A stretch of 64,000 nt of DNA from Paraspadella gotoi (GCA_051294375.1 CM119266.1:22325875-22389874), one strand, 5' to 3'; shown: positions 14,146 through 27,640, counted from the stretch's first letter. The notes: a model not told the origin generated them from the sequence alone. Translations and numbers: made by a program.

Positions 14146-16098
14146 TCTTCTCTCTCTCTTCTCCTCTCTCTCTCTCTCTCTCTCTCTCCACAGGCGACAC
14201 ATTCGACGCCTTGTCCTGGAGGATCCGCCGACCAAAGAGTCAAAAGAGAAGAGGGGAGCGTGATGAATCGATGATGATGATAATGATGATGTTGAAAACG
14301 AAAAAAAAAAAAGCAAAGATTTTAATCCCTCGATCTCAGTTAATTTACCGCATGGACCGCGATACTAGGATGACGCCGGACGTAACGTTGCGACGCACGC
14401 CACCGGTTCGAGGAAGTCTCGATTTTTAAGAGTCGAAATCCTACAGACTCTCGACGACAATTAACGCCGCCCGACGTTGCCGCCGCCCGCCGCCGCCACG
14501 TCGACGAAGACGACCATCGCCTCGGCGAGGATGAGATATACTCTTACAAGGAGGACGAGGACTGGAAAAAAGTGCCCCCCGCGGTTTGCCGACCTTTGCC
14601 CGAAGACTCGTTTGCATTTTTAACGCGAGGCCTAAAAAAATGCAGAGAGGGGTTGGGGGGGGGATGATTTCGGATAGGGATGCTAGAAAAAGGCAAGCAA
14701 GGAAAAAGAATACAGAATAAAGGTAAAAATAAAAAGAAAGAAAGACTAAGAGAGAGATAAAATGAGATAAATCTAAGGAGGAAAATGTGGGGACTGAAAG
14801 AGGAAATAAAAAAGAAACGAGGAGAAACCTTACTATAGAAAAGCAGTTATAAAAACACCAAAGGTTTTGAAGAAGAAATAATGTGAAAAAAACAATTGAC
14901 AACGGGAAGCGAATATTTTTATTTATTTTAAATATATATTAAATATATTTCTACACATTTTATATTTCTCATCCACCTTTTAATATTTTCTTAAATTTTA
15001 CAATTTAATTTTAAATTTATTTCAGATTTACTATTATATATTTATACTAATTTACTCGTTTGCGCACAGTTTTTCTTACAAGTCCCTCCGCTAATCGTCA
15101 TTCACTTCCAACTTTTCCCTCCCCTCAATTCAAGTACCGTTCATAATCTCTCTCTTCTTCTTTCTTACATCATCTCACAGATTTTCAAATCCTCTTCAGT
15201 CTCATAATTCCAAGTCTGGTGACTAACGCCGAGTTAAATATTCTCCCATTCATCGGCCAACTTCATTTAAAGGGAAACTCGGCCTTGAAAAAACATTTTT
15301 TCTCTTCTCTTCATTTTCATCTCCTATTATCCTTATTCTTTTTTCTACAGCCTCCCTCTTTATATCGACTCTTTCAATCCTCTCTTTCCCTTTTGATTTG
15401 CTCCTTTCCTCACCTTATTTCCATCCTTTCCTCCTTTAGTTTGCGGCCGCGAGTACTCCCGGAGAAACTCTATATAAGTACACATTGTCCATATCATGTG
15501 ATCAAAGGCAAATGCACGTGAAAATTCAAAGTCACTGCGGCGCAACATTCTACTTCCTACCTGTATTCCTTCTTTCTTCCTCGTTTTCTGTCGTTTCTGT
15601 CTTTTCTATCTTTCTTCTTTCTCTCCTCTGCTTGATCCGAACTGAGTTCCTTCTCTCTCTCACATAATAATGCTCCTTCTAAATCTTGTTTTTTTGCTCG
15701 TTTTTCGTTTCTCTCAATCTTTATTCCAGTTTCGGACTCATATTTTCCCGTTACTACTATATTAATCAATTAACGACTATCATTTTTCTATTTCTTCCCT
15801 CCTAGTTTTGCAATGATCCTATTCCTTGATACTTCCTACTTCCCTCGTCACCACCCCTTCTATTTTCCTCCTCCTTCCTCCCCAACTTTTCCTTTTTCCC
15901 TTCCTCTTCTCATTCTCCAAAGTTCGTTCAGGCGCGACGAACATAATTAATCAGTCAATTAAGAATCTTCCAAAAAAGAAAAAAAAGAAAAATCATTTTT
16001 CTTTGTTTTCTCTTCGGCTTCTTGCGCTCAACCAACTCCTCATCCTCCAACCAAATAAGCTTAAACTCTCTCTCTCTCTCTCTCTCTTCTCTTCTCTA

Positions 16099-16129
<31 letters not shown>

Positions 16130-17373
16130 GCTCTCTCTCCTCTCCTCTCTTTCTCTCTCTACTCTCTTTCTTTCCCTTTCCCTCAAGGGGCGGCTTGTTT
16201 CCCCCATCACACCCCGTCTTTACCGGGGGACCAAAGTGGCATTGAAAGAACGACTCCCCATACCGACGGTCAGACGACGACGACGACGACGACTACAAGA
16301 AACAACAACCAACGGACGAATACTGAGGCGACGACGACGCGAGGCCCCCGTGCGCCCTCTACGGCCGACGAGGGAAATCAAAGGAGCGGAAGAGAAAAAC
16401 TGAAATCGCGGAAGTCGGTGACGTTGATAGCCGATCGAGATGACGACGACGACGACGAACGACGATCGAACGACGACGACGAAGATGACAGAAATAAAAA
16501 TCTTTAAACCAGTGTGCTGACAATGTTTTAGAAACAATGACGACATATCTACCGATGATGGTATTCATCAGACCCATGCTAAATATAATGGTCAATTTCG
16601 AAAAAGGAATAAACTGACTAGGGGAACTATATCAATACAACGAAACGCCGACAATGACATGCCTACAAAAACTACCGACTTAAAAAACCATCTGCGGTTA
16701 AGTAAAAAAAAATTTAGGAACATTAAACAATTTAAAAAATAGCTTGCAAAAATTCGATTAAAAGGAAATCGAAATATACTATATTCGTATTGGAAAAGAG
16801 AAGTTTGACTAATAAAAGAAGATGATAGAAAATCCTAAAAAGAAAGATATAAATAATGAAAATTTAATCAAAATAACCATTTAAATACTATATAAACGAG
16901 AGTAGCGAGATATAAAACGAAAAAGCAACGTCAAATTTAAACGAATTTAAACTAAATTTGAAAATTTCCAATGACGTCTTAAAGAATTCTTGTAACTAAG
17001 TCAAATAAAAGCATGATTACGAAGTAATTAGTTTCAACGAACGACCATTGACATGACTACGACGACGACGATCAAGCGACGACGAAGCGAGCTCGTCACG
17101 CATCGTCAAACACTAACGACACTACATCACAATTACGACGTCAGAAAACGATGAAGATGATGGAGAAACGTTAACGGGATGACATTTGTAGTCAACGATG
17201 CAAAGGAGTTACTACTTCCAAAACAACAACAACGGACGACTGACGACAAGTTTTCCGTCAGGTGATGACGCGAATCGACGGCATTTCGGGGCAAAAACCG
17301 ATGACGTCATACTACGTTACGTCAAGACGTTACGACGGAGCGAAACGGAGGATAGACCGAATCTCTCTCTGGT
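7919..17373. repeat. Segment A plus partial B, copy 1 of a large tandem duplication
   Basis: 7919-14801 matches 17399-21505 (apart from the 8649-11236 insertion). 14802-17360 matches 1-2562 and 21506-24103. Confidence 0.95.
8649..11236. mobile_element. ~2.6-kb AT-rich insertion with short TIRs and an ~8-bp target-site duplication (hAT/P/Merlin-like DNA transposon)
   Basis: Absent from the second copy of the locus (ctacTTTTGAAGgctcttcc at ~18094-18113). Here tt(a)tgaag lies on the left and tattgaag on the right. Left end AGGTTAGTCAGAGCAG resembles the reverse complement of the right end, AGCTATTCAGAGTAG. Subterminal TCGA-containing repeats are present. Confidence 0.6.
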
Positions 17374-17799
17374 NNNNNNNNNNNNNNNNNNNNNNNNNTT
17401 TTTTTTTTTTTTTGCTTTAAAATTCTGACCATATTTGGCGTTTGGGTGTTTTCGTGGCAAACAACCAACGTGACCAGCGAGAGGAATTCGACGACGACGA
17501 TGGCAACGATCGAGGCACCTTGGACGACGTCGACGACGACGACGACGAAGAAGTCGACGACTTTATCTGCCCCAAAACAGATTTTTCTCCAATTTTTTTT
17601 TACCAGATTTAATCTTTTTTGATTATTCCATTTCAATCCGTCTTTTTATTTTTCGCTTCAACCTTTCACCTTTTTTCTTCCACGTTCTCACATAACCACC
17701 TTTCCACGACGCCATTCCATTATTTCCATATCTTAATCCACCTCTCTCACCACTCTCCTTACCCAATATCTCACCCCGACTCTATACGCCCTTCCGACC

Positions 17800-19578
17800 C
17801 GCCCTCCCGCCTTCCCGCCCTTTCGACCTCCTTAACGTCTTCAACGTAAACAAAAAAGGTAAACAATCCCGAGCCACCGATATTATTTTTTTTTCCTCGC
17901 GGTTTTTTTATATTTTTTTTTGCATAATCGGTGATCGTAAAAAAACCCAAACTCCTCCTCCTTCTCTTCCTCCTCCTCCTCCGCCATATAGAGCTAAACC
18001 CTGTTTGAGAGTAGTGATTCGACTACCTCCAACTGGTCGATGATATCATGACTGATGAATTCACCCTCCTCATTTGGTATTAAATACACTCCTCTACTTT
18101 TGAAGGCTCTTCCTCCTCCTCCTACTCCTCCTCCTCTCCTCCTATGAATTCATCAGGGATTTCAAATAATAAATTCATTTACTGCAGATAAGGAAGATGA
18201 TTTCTTTAGGTGAATCCATAGATGTATTCATGTGAGAGAAAGAAAAGATTTGATCTCGTATGAGTGAAACATGTCCAAGCTCTCGCTACCCAACTGATAA
18301 GTCTTAGTGAGCAATAGTAAATCTCTTTCACAATGAATTCATTTCTCAAAATCATATTCGAAATCATGATTTCATAGAATTTCATAAACATCGAATGAAT
18401 TCATTGCAGAGGTTAAAGTTTGTGGCAATTAATTGATGTAGGATGTATTCTCTCGATGAATCCAAACATGTATTCATTGATAGGTAAAATATTTCTTCTG
18501 CTTTGAGTTAAAATACTTATACTGTTACGTTATGGTTAGATTGAAAAGGATAGTTTATCCGTCTCAATGAATTCAAACTTCAAAATAATGTAAGAAATCA
18601 TGATTCCCCTAGTTCTAGGCTTTAGTGTCAACTGAAATAATAAATAAAATAAATAAAATAAATAAAATAAATTATTATTTAATTTGTTTTTTCATTTAAG
18701 TTAGTTTAAAATTGTAAACATTTTTTATTGGGGTTTGAAAAGGGGTATTTTTTTCTCTTTTTGACGAATTCAAAATGCCATATCTTGGCCTTGGATTATC
18801 TAATTTACAAAAAATTTATATATTTAGAATCCTTGTCTTAACCTTGTCCTAACCTCTTTTTATAATAATAAAAAAATTGAAATTTGATAAAGTATTAATA
18901 AATACCTTTTTTAAAGTAATATCTTAAAAATAATATCAATTTGAAAATAAAGTTAAAAATTTTCCAAAATAAGCTTATACAATGTAATTGTTATGCACTT
19001 AAAACAATAAAAAAATACTTACCTAGTAAGGAGATATTTAGTAAAGTAGAAAAATCTTTAATCCCAAATAATTGACAAGTATTCAGTGAATGAGTGAGTG
19101 AAAAATATTATTCTTTGTGAATACTTAGTGTGTGAATTCATGAGTAGAAATTCATGAGAATGAATTCATTTCATTTCAGTTTAATGTGCCATTTTTTAAA
19201 GTTTTTATTATTAAGTAGTCATTATTCTTTTTGAATACTTAGTGTGTGAATTCATGAGTAGAAATTCATAAGAAAAAAATTCATATGAACAGTTTTTTAT
19301 TCCTCCTCCTCCTCCTCCTCCTCCTCCTCCTCCGCGTTACGAGCTTTGTTTTGCCGGCTTCGAGGAGTTATTCAAATTGGATGGCACCCGATGGAATCGT
19401 AGAACCGCGTCGAGAACCGGCTCGGTCGGCGTCTGTCGGCGTCGGCGTCGGCGGCGTCACCTCTCCGCCTTTTTCGACTCTAAATCTGAAGGAGAGTCGC
19501 GAACCGCCTGACGATGGGCTTCTCCTGGTTAACTATTGCAATGGAAAGCATTGGGAGACCGACTTTTTATCTTACTGA
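17800..19578 (+). CDS. Putative 3' part of a multi-exon gene of unknown product (other copy ~8300-12900)
   Basis: Small exon-like blocks after pyrimidine tracts: AKPCLRVVIRLPPT (~17992-18035), IRKMISLGESIDVF (~18188), further blocks at ~18410-18483 and ~18530-18589, and a GC-rich last block ending ...LLVNYCNGKHWETDFLSY-stop at 19578. Confidence 0.3.
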
Positions 19579-20039
19579 TTACATGTTTTATATTTGATAT
19601 ATGTATGTAAAATTTATAGTTTAGACTATGAAATGTCTTCCTATTTTTTTTGTTTATCTTCTGTATGAGGATATTGTAAAAACGTCTGAAGAGGTTACTG
19701 TGAAAAGGTGACGTAGCCAAACATTAAAAAAAACTCCCACCAAAGCCAACCTTCCACTAATATCTGTCTGGGTTCCATTAGGATTATACCGACTTAGAAT
19801 TGCGCCCAGAAAATCCTATGGGCGCAATCCTGCGACCACCATCTGTCAGCATACAAATCTGCTCCTATTTAATAAAATTTTTATATTTCACATCCAAACC
19901 GTGGGCCGTCAAATCTGACAACGAAACAATCTCGATAACTAAAGTTTGCTAAAAGATAAAAAACAAACAATAATATTTTCTGAGAAAGAAATTAAATTAT
20001 AGATTATAATAGAGAATATCAAAGCTAAAAAAGAGGGAA

Positions 20040-20430
20040 AAGATGACCGAAGAAAGAAGGAAGAAAAGCGAAGGAAAAAAGCCGAAGGCAGGAAAAAAAA
20101 GAGTGTTAAGTGAGAAAGAGAAAGAAAAAGGAAAAAATAGAACAAAGAAAGAAAAACAGAAAAAAAAAAAGAAAAGAAAAAAGAAAAGAAAAGAAAAGAA
20201 AAAGAAACGAGAAGAAAGGAAAAAGAAGAAAGAAAAGAAAAGAAAAGAAAAAAGAAAGGAAAAGAAAAGAAAAAAAGAACAAAAAGAAAAGAAAAGAAAA
20301 AAAAGAAAAAAAGAAAGAGAATAGAAAAGGAAAGAGAAAAGAAAAGAAAAGAAAAGAAATGAGAAAAAGAAAAGAAAAGAAAGAAAAGAAAAGAAAAGGA
20401 GAAAAGAAACGAGAAAGAGAAGAAAAGTCG
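20040..20430. repeat. (AAAAG)n-type purine tract (shorter allele at ~13430-13700)
   Basis: Direct inspection. Confidence 0.9.
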
Positions 20431-20499
20431 GAAAAAACGAAGCGAAGCGAATCTTTGGACTCTTGAGGGAATCGTAAACAGGGGAGAGCAAAGCTGTGA

Positions 20500-20813
20500 A
20501 GTGTCACGTGAGATCGTGTCACGTGACATCGACTCCTACCGCGTGACAATGGCTCGCTTCACGCTGACCAAATCGTGGGACTCGCACGGAGCGTTTCCCC
20601 GTTTGATGCACGGGGCGTCGGAACGTAAATGTCTCTCGTTGAAAAGATCTAGAAAGAGAAGGAGAGAGAGAGAAACTGGAGAGAAAAGAGAGAGGAGAGA
20701 GAGAAAACTGGAGAGAAAGAAAGAGAGATTTAAAAAAAGACGTTTTTGACAATTCAAATTGACGATAAACGCATAAATGACCTTACATGACAACAGTAAA
20801 CAATGTGTGATTT

Positions 20814-20899
<86 letters not shown>

Positions 20900-22799
20900 T
20901 CTCTCTCTCCCACAGGGACACATTCGACGCCGTCCTGGAGGATCCGGACCAAAGAGTCGAGGAGAAGAGGGAGCGCTTGATGATTGATGATGATGATGAT
21001 GATAATGATGATGTTGAAAACGAAAAAAAAAAAGCAAAGATTTTCCCTCCGATCTCAGTTATTTCCGGCATGACCGCGAATCTAGGGTGACGCGGCGTCG
21101 TTGCGTCGCCGCACCGGTTCGAGGAAGTCTCGATTTGTCAAGAGTCGAAATCTCTACAGCTCTCGACGACAATAACGCCGCCGACGTTGCCGCGCCGCCG
21201 CCGCCACCGTCGACGAAGACGACCATCGCCTCGGCGAGGATGAATATACTCTCTACAAGGAGGACGAAAGGACTGGAAAAGATGCCCCCCCGCGGTTTTG
21301 CCGACCTTTGCCCGAGACTCGTTTGCATTTTTAACGCGAGCGCCTAAAAAATGAGAGAGGGGTTGGGGGTGATGATTCGGATAGGGGATGTATGAAAAAG
21401 GAAGCAGAAAAAGAGACAGAATAAAGGTAAAAATAAAAAGAAAGAAAAGACTAAGAGAGAGATAAAATGAGATAAATCTAAGGAGGAGAAATGTGGACTG
21501 AAAGAGGAAATAAAATAAGAAACGAGAGAAAACTCTCATAGAAAAGCGTTATAAAAACACCAAAGGTTTTGAAGAAGAAATAATGTGAAAAAACAATGTG
21601 ACAATGGGAGGAATATCAATTTTAATTTTAATTTTGATTTTGATTTTAATTCTATTTTTAAATATATTTCTACCATTTTTTTTCTCAAGCACCTTTTTAT
21701 TTTCTTAATTTTACAATTTTATTTTAAATTTATTTTTAGATTACTATTTTATTTTACTAATTTACTCGTTTGCTAATGTCATTTCACGTCCAATATTCCT
21801 CCCCTCAATTCAAGTCCGTCATTCCTCTCTCTTCTTTTTTAATCACTTCACAGATTTCAAATCCTCTCGAGTCTCATAATTCCAAGTCTGGGTGACATAA
21901 CCGCCGGTTAAAATTCTCCCATTCATTCGGCCAACTTCATTTTAAGGAGAAACTCGGCCTTGAAAAAAACATTTTTTTCTCTCTTCATTTTCTCTCCTAT
22001 TATCCTTATTCTTTTCTCAGCCCTCCCTCTTTTCCGCTCCTTTCAATCTCTCTCTTTCCTCCTTTTGTTTGCTCCTTTCCTCCTTCTTAGTTGCGCCGCG
22101 AGTACTCGCGGAGAAACTCTATATATCATATTATTATATTATATTATATATTATATATTATATATTATTATTATTATTATATATATTATATATTATATTA
22201 TATTATTATTATATATTATATAGTATATAAGTCACATGTCATATCATGTGATCAAAGGCAAATGCACGTGAAAATAAAGTCACTGCGGCGCAACACTTTT
22301 CTCTACCTGTTTCCTTCTTTCTTCCTCGTTTTCTGTCGTTTCTGTCTTTTTCTATCTTTCTCTTTCTCTCCTCTCTTGATCCGACTGAGTTCCTTCTCTC
22401 TCTCTCTCATGCTCCTTCTAAATCTGTTTGCTCGTCTTTCCTTCTCTCCATCTTTATTCCAGTTTCGACTCATATTTTCCCTTTACTACTATATTAATCA
22501 ATAACCACTATCTTTTTCTATTTCTCCCTCCTAGTTATTGCAATGATCCTATTCCTTGACCACTTCCTACCTTCCCTCGTCAACATCCCTTCTATTTTCC
22601 TCCCTTCCTTCCTCCCCAACTTTTCCTTTCTTCCCTTCCTCTTCTCATTCTTCCCAAGGTTCGTTCAGGCGCCGACGAACATAATTTAATCAGTCAATTA
22701 AGAATCTTCCAAAAAAGAAAAAAAAAGAAAAATCATTTTCTTTGTTTCTCTTCGCTTCTTCGCTCAACCAACTTCCTCATCCTCCAACCAAATAAGCTT

Positions 22800-22886
<87 letters not shown>

Positions 22887-23430
22887 GCTCTCTCTCATCT
22901 CTCTCTCTTCTCTCTTTTCTCACTTTCTTTCCCTTTCCCCCTGCAAAGGGGGCGGCTTGTTTCCCCCATCACACCCCGTCTTACCGGGGGACTCAAAGTG
23001 GCATTGAAAGGACGACTCCCATACCGACGTCAAGACGACGACGACGACGACGACTACAAGAACAACAACAACCAACGACGATGACGAGGCGACGACGACG
23101 CGAAGGCCCCCGGTGGCCCTCTGACGGCGACGAGGGAAATCAAAGGAGCGGAAGAGAAAAACTGAATCGCGGAGTCGGTGACGTTGATAGCGATCGAGAT
23201 GACGACAACGACGACGACGACGACGACAACGACGACGAAGATGACAGAAATAAAAATTTTAATCAGTGTGCTGACAATGTTTTAGAAACAATGACGACAG
23301 TATCTACGATGATGGTTATGTATGACCCATGCTAAATATAATGGTTCAATTTAGAAAAGAGAATAACTGACTAGGAACTATATCAATACAACGAAACGCC
23401 GACAATGACATGCCTACAAAAACCACCGAC
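20500..23430 (-). CDS. Putative multi-exon gene of unknown product (three noisy copies)
   Basis: A by-eye consensus of the three copies gives a ttttcaag|...|gtgaga exon encoding AEFLLKMKLADEWENLTRRLVTQTWNYETEEDLKS (~21958-21853; also ~480-375 and ~15284-15179). Neighbouring blocks read MLRRSDFIFSRAFAFDHMIW and MSSLFLKHCQHTGLK. Confidence 0.35.
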
Positions 23431-24138
23431 TTACAAACATCTGGGGTTAAGTAAAAAAAAAATTTAGGAACATTAAAAAACAAAGCGTTCAAAAAAGTTT
23501 GAATTTGAAAAAGTAAATGGAGATTTAAAAAAAAAAATAATCTCATTCGGTATTGAAAAGAAAGTTTGACTATAAAAGGAGATGATAGAAAATCCTAAAA
23601 AAAATATATAAATATATGAAAATTTAATAAAAATAAACATTTAAATACTATAACAACGAAGGAAGTAGGTCGAGATATAAAACGAAAAAAAGCGAACGTC
23701 AAATTTAAACGAATTTAAACTAAATTGAAAATTTCCAATGACGTCTTAAAAGTTCTTCTACTTAGTCAAATAAAAGCAATGATTACGAAGTAATTAGTTT
23801 CAACGACGACCATGACAACGACGACGACGATAGCGACGACGATAGCGACGCTGCGTCACGATCCTCAAACATTAACGACACTAAATCACAATTACGACGT
23901 CGAAAACGATGAAGATGATGGAGAAACGTTAACGGATGACATTTGTAGTCAACGAGAAAGAGTTCTACTTCCAAAACAACAACAACGACGACGACGACAA
24001 GTTTTCCGTCGGCGATGACGCGAATCGACGTCATTCGGGCAAAACCGATGACGTCATCTACGTTACGTCAAGACGTTACGACGGAGCGAAACGGAGGATA
24101 GACGAGCGTCGAACCTCCCGTCGAAAGACGAGCGAGCA

Positions 24139-24139
<1 letters not shown>

Positions 24140-24171
<32 letters not shown>

Positions 24172-27100
24172 TAGTTATCTTCTTGTGTGACGCGCCAGTG
24201 ATTCTGGGTGAGAAATTTCCGAAGGCGTCGAATTGGACCTACATTTTAGTCGGAGTTAAAATGGGTCGTTGGGATTCCGCTATCGTGACAAATAGATTTA
24301 CTTCAATAATGTACTCGTTTCACTGAATTGTTTCTATACGTATGAAATTGGCCTCCAACACTCTTACAAGATTTCAATCAAGAATCTCTCACAGTATCGT
24401 TTATTCATTCCCAGTGTTCCTAGGTTCCCTATCAGTGAAGTGGTATAATATTTCAAAGAAGGTTTCAATTGTATGAAAAGACCACTCCCTTAAGTATTAG
24501 ATCGGGGAATACTATATTGTACTCCGCCCAGCATCAAAATACAACTATTACAAGGAGCTGAATTTTATGAATAAGAATATAATTTTTATAAACCTCGCTC
24601 TTTCCTTGGTTAAACTTTTGTTAATATCATCCTCTTTCTGGGTGAGTTAAGATTTATATTAACTTCCTTAAGATGGCAAAAAGAAGAGAGAAAGACTCAG
24701 AGATCACAAATTTGTGAGTCTTGAAAGAATCTCTTCTCACTCACCCGCGTCCTCCAAACTGACTCATCAGTCTCTTGTGAAATCTTCACAATCGTGAATG
24801 AAAAATAAAGATAAACTGGAAGCAGTTCCAAGGATTTTCACGACTTCGGCGGCGCGATCGCGTGTGAAAGGGTTAGAGAAACTGGGATCACGACGAGTTG
24901 TGAATAATGAAAAGGCGACAGCGACGACGACGACGACGACGACGAGTCACAAAGCGGAAAACTCATCTTTTATGAATGAACGGGAAAATGTAGCGCAAGC
25001 GCGGCAGAGTCTGAGGGCGTAGACGGCGTGGCGGCGGCGGCAGCGGCGAAACGGGCGCGGCGTGAAAAAGAGAGTGAGATTTTGTGATGGATAGTCGCGA
25101 GGCGATCGCCGGATTACGCAAGCGAGTTCAGGTAGCGAGTGAGAAAGTGAGCGAGTGAGAGAGAGAGAGAATGAATGAAAGAGTAAAGGTAAAATATGGT
25201 TTTTGTTCACCTCTTTCAGAACAACCTTCACTTTAATTTTCAACATCTATTTTGAATTTTAATTTCATTATGCGTTCTACTTTTTCTTCTTAGGCTTCTT
25301 TCTGCTGTCCCTCTCTCTCTCTCTCTTCTCTTCTCTCTCGTTCCTCTCTCTCTGCTCTCTCGCTCTCTCTCTCTCTCTCTTCTCTCTCTCTTTAAGCTCT
25401 TCTTTTCTCTTTTGTCTTTCTCACCAAGTACCCATCATCAATAGCCAATCGATGCGAAAATTATGGAGACATAGGACGGCTGCGGGCCGGCGGCGGCGTC
25501 AGCGGCGGCGGCGGCGGCCGGCGTCAGCGGCGGCGGCTGGGGTGGACCTCAAGGTCGTCCGNNNNNNNNNNNNNNNNNNNNNNNNNGTCAGCGGCGGCGG
25601 CGGCGGCGGCTGGGGTGGACTCAAGGTCGTCCGCCTGAAAAGAGGGCGTGGTCTCGAGGTGTCTCTTTGGGGAGAGGAGCAGTTATGAGAAAAGAGAGAA
25701 AGGAAAGGAGAAGGGAGAAAGGAGAGAAGTAGATGTAGAAAAGAAAAAAAAGAAAAAAAAGAAAAAAAAGGTTTTTCCCTCGATAGAAAGTCGGCGCCCA
25801 TCTGTTCCTTTGCTTCATCGCCTTCATCCAATGCCATCACTTCAACGATAATTTTTTTGCCATCTTTCTCATCTGCCACTGCTCGAAACAATTGCCACTC
25901 CCAGGCCCGTGTAGTATAACATTTCATATTCATTTTTTATTATCGGAAATATTGATAACTTCCCATTTGATGTGCTTCATCGTCACTCCAAAACCCTGAG
26001 AAAAAGAAGGAGTGGCATTCGTTGAGAGGGGTGTCTCATTCGCCCGGTTCCCTCCCAAAGGGAAGTGGCATTCACAAGGGGGAGTGGCGTTCCCGCCTCC
26101 CGTGGGACGTCGTCACGTGACCGTTCAACGCGACGTCGCGACTCAAAGCGTTTTGATTAATTCTTTTCATTCTCCCGTCGTCGTCGTCGTCGTCGTCGTC
26201 GTCNNNNNNNNNNNNNNNNNNNNNNNNNNNNNNNNNNNNNNNNNNNNNNNNNNNNNNNNNNNNNNNNNNNNNNNNNNNNNNNNNNNNNNNNNNNNNNNNN
26301 NNNNNNNNNNNNNNNNNNNNNNNNNNNNNNNNNNNNNNNNNNNNNNNNNNNNNNNNNNNNNNNNNNNNNNNNNNNNNNNNNNNNNNNNNNNNNNNNNNNN
26401 NNNNNNNNNNNNNNNNNNNNNNNNNNNNNNNNNNNNNNNNNNNNNNNNNNNNNNNNNNNNNNNNNNNNNNNNNNNNNNNNNNNNNNNNNNNNNNNNNNNN
26501 NNNNNNNNNNNNNNNNNNNNNNNGAGAGAGAGAGAGAGAGAGAGAGAGAATGATGATTTTAAAATATTTTAAAATTATTGTTTTTTCCATGTAAGTACAT
26601 TTAACGTCACGAAAGTGTTTTACAATAAAATCGTCTGTCAATAAATTCGTCGCCAAATTACCGACGTAATTGTAGTCCTAAAAAAACAACCCTAAATATG
26701 AATTTGGGCGTGGCTCGAAGGTTAAGCCAATGGAATATAAATACCTGTGACGTCACGAGTGCGCGGCGCCACTACTCCCAGAAGTCAGACAATCTTCTGC
26801 TTTATAAACTGATTTGTCAGTTCAAAAGCTCCCGAGCGTCCGTGCGCGCGCGTGTGAGAGAGTAAAATAAAAAGAAAGCGTGTACTCGCACGCCGAAAAA
26901 TAAGAAAGAAAGAAAGCCCTGGGTCCGAGGCGGAGTTTCCCCGGGTCAGAGGTTCTCCGGTTTTTAATTGCAACACTTTCAGCCCACTTTCGACTCGGGC
27001 CCGTGCCGAGAGCCGAGAGCCGAGAGCCGAGACTCCCACGAGTTGAGAGGCCAAAAATTCAATGCGGTGATCAACTTTGATCCCTGGGAAGTGAAACGGA

Positions 27101-27640
27101 GAGAGAGAGAGAGAGAGACAGTAGGGTGGGTAGACGAGTGATGGGAGAAAGGTGTGAAGGGTAAGGGAAGCGTAAGTAAAAGGGGGAGGTTTCGGAGCAA
27201 AAATATGAAGTTGGGTGAGTGAAAGGTTGAGCTGCGGATGGCAATCATTGCATAGAAGGGGAGAAAAAAGAATTGTGAGATACAAGAGAGAATGACGAGT
27301 TCAAGAATGAGAATGAACCAAAAGAACAAATGCTTTTATTTATAGACAAAATCTCTCGTTTGAATTTTCCAGTATTACTTCGATATCAGAAGAGAAATAT
27401 TCATAGACAATTTATTTATTTAACATCAAAATAATTTGATAGAAAAAAATAAGTAAATGATTTTAACTTGGAAAACAAAAACGACGATGAGGATGAAAAC
27501 GAAAACAACGAAAACCATGACAACGACGTCGACGACAACAACGACCTCGAGTCCAAAATCCCTCAAACCCTCAAACCCGATAACCTGATTCCCTCGTTCG
27601 TCCTCCGCTTCTTCACCTCGGGTGGTTAAACATAATCCTT
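24140..27640 (-). CDS. Putative multi-exon gene of unknown product (its 3' part also in copy 2600-4560)
   Basis: Series of short acceptor/donor-bounded blocks giving protein-like fragments: DYNYVGNLATNLLTDDFIVKHFRDVK (~26677-26600), AVADEKDGKKIIAEVMALDEGDEAKEQMG (~25885-25795), LTQKEDDINKSLTKERAR (~24648-24593), PIRRLRKFLTQNHWRVTQEDNY (~24238-24172). Confidence 0.3.

Larger units (their letters stand above)
17399..26203. repeat. Segment A+B, copy 2 (probable alternative haplotype)
   Basis: Collinear with 7919-17360 and 1-4540. It lacks the 2.6-kb insertion and has a private (TA/TAT)n insertion at ~22125-22225. Confidence 0.95.

Noticed and set aside
20501-20530. Tandem GTCACGTGA E-box/CLEAR-like palindromes (also at ~13773-13802, 4456, 54477)
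   Set aside because: These are short motifs in a CpG-rich genome with no identifiable promoter context, so no function can be supported.
24172-25130. Faint similarity of minus-strand fragments (NLTLFFTP, SGLFIQ, PTTH, WRVTQED) to C9orf72-type DENN proteins
   Set aside because: The matches are short, lie in different frames and are likely over-fitted; this needs a profile search on a polished sequence.
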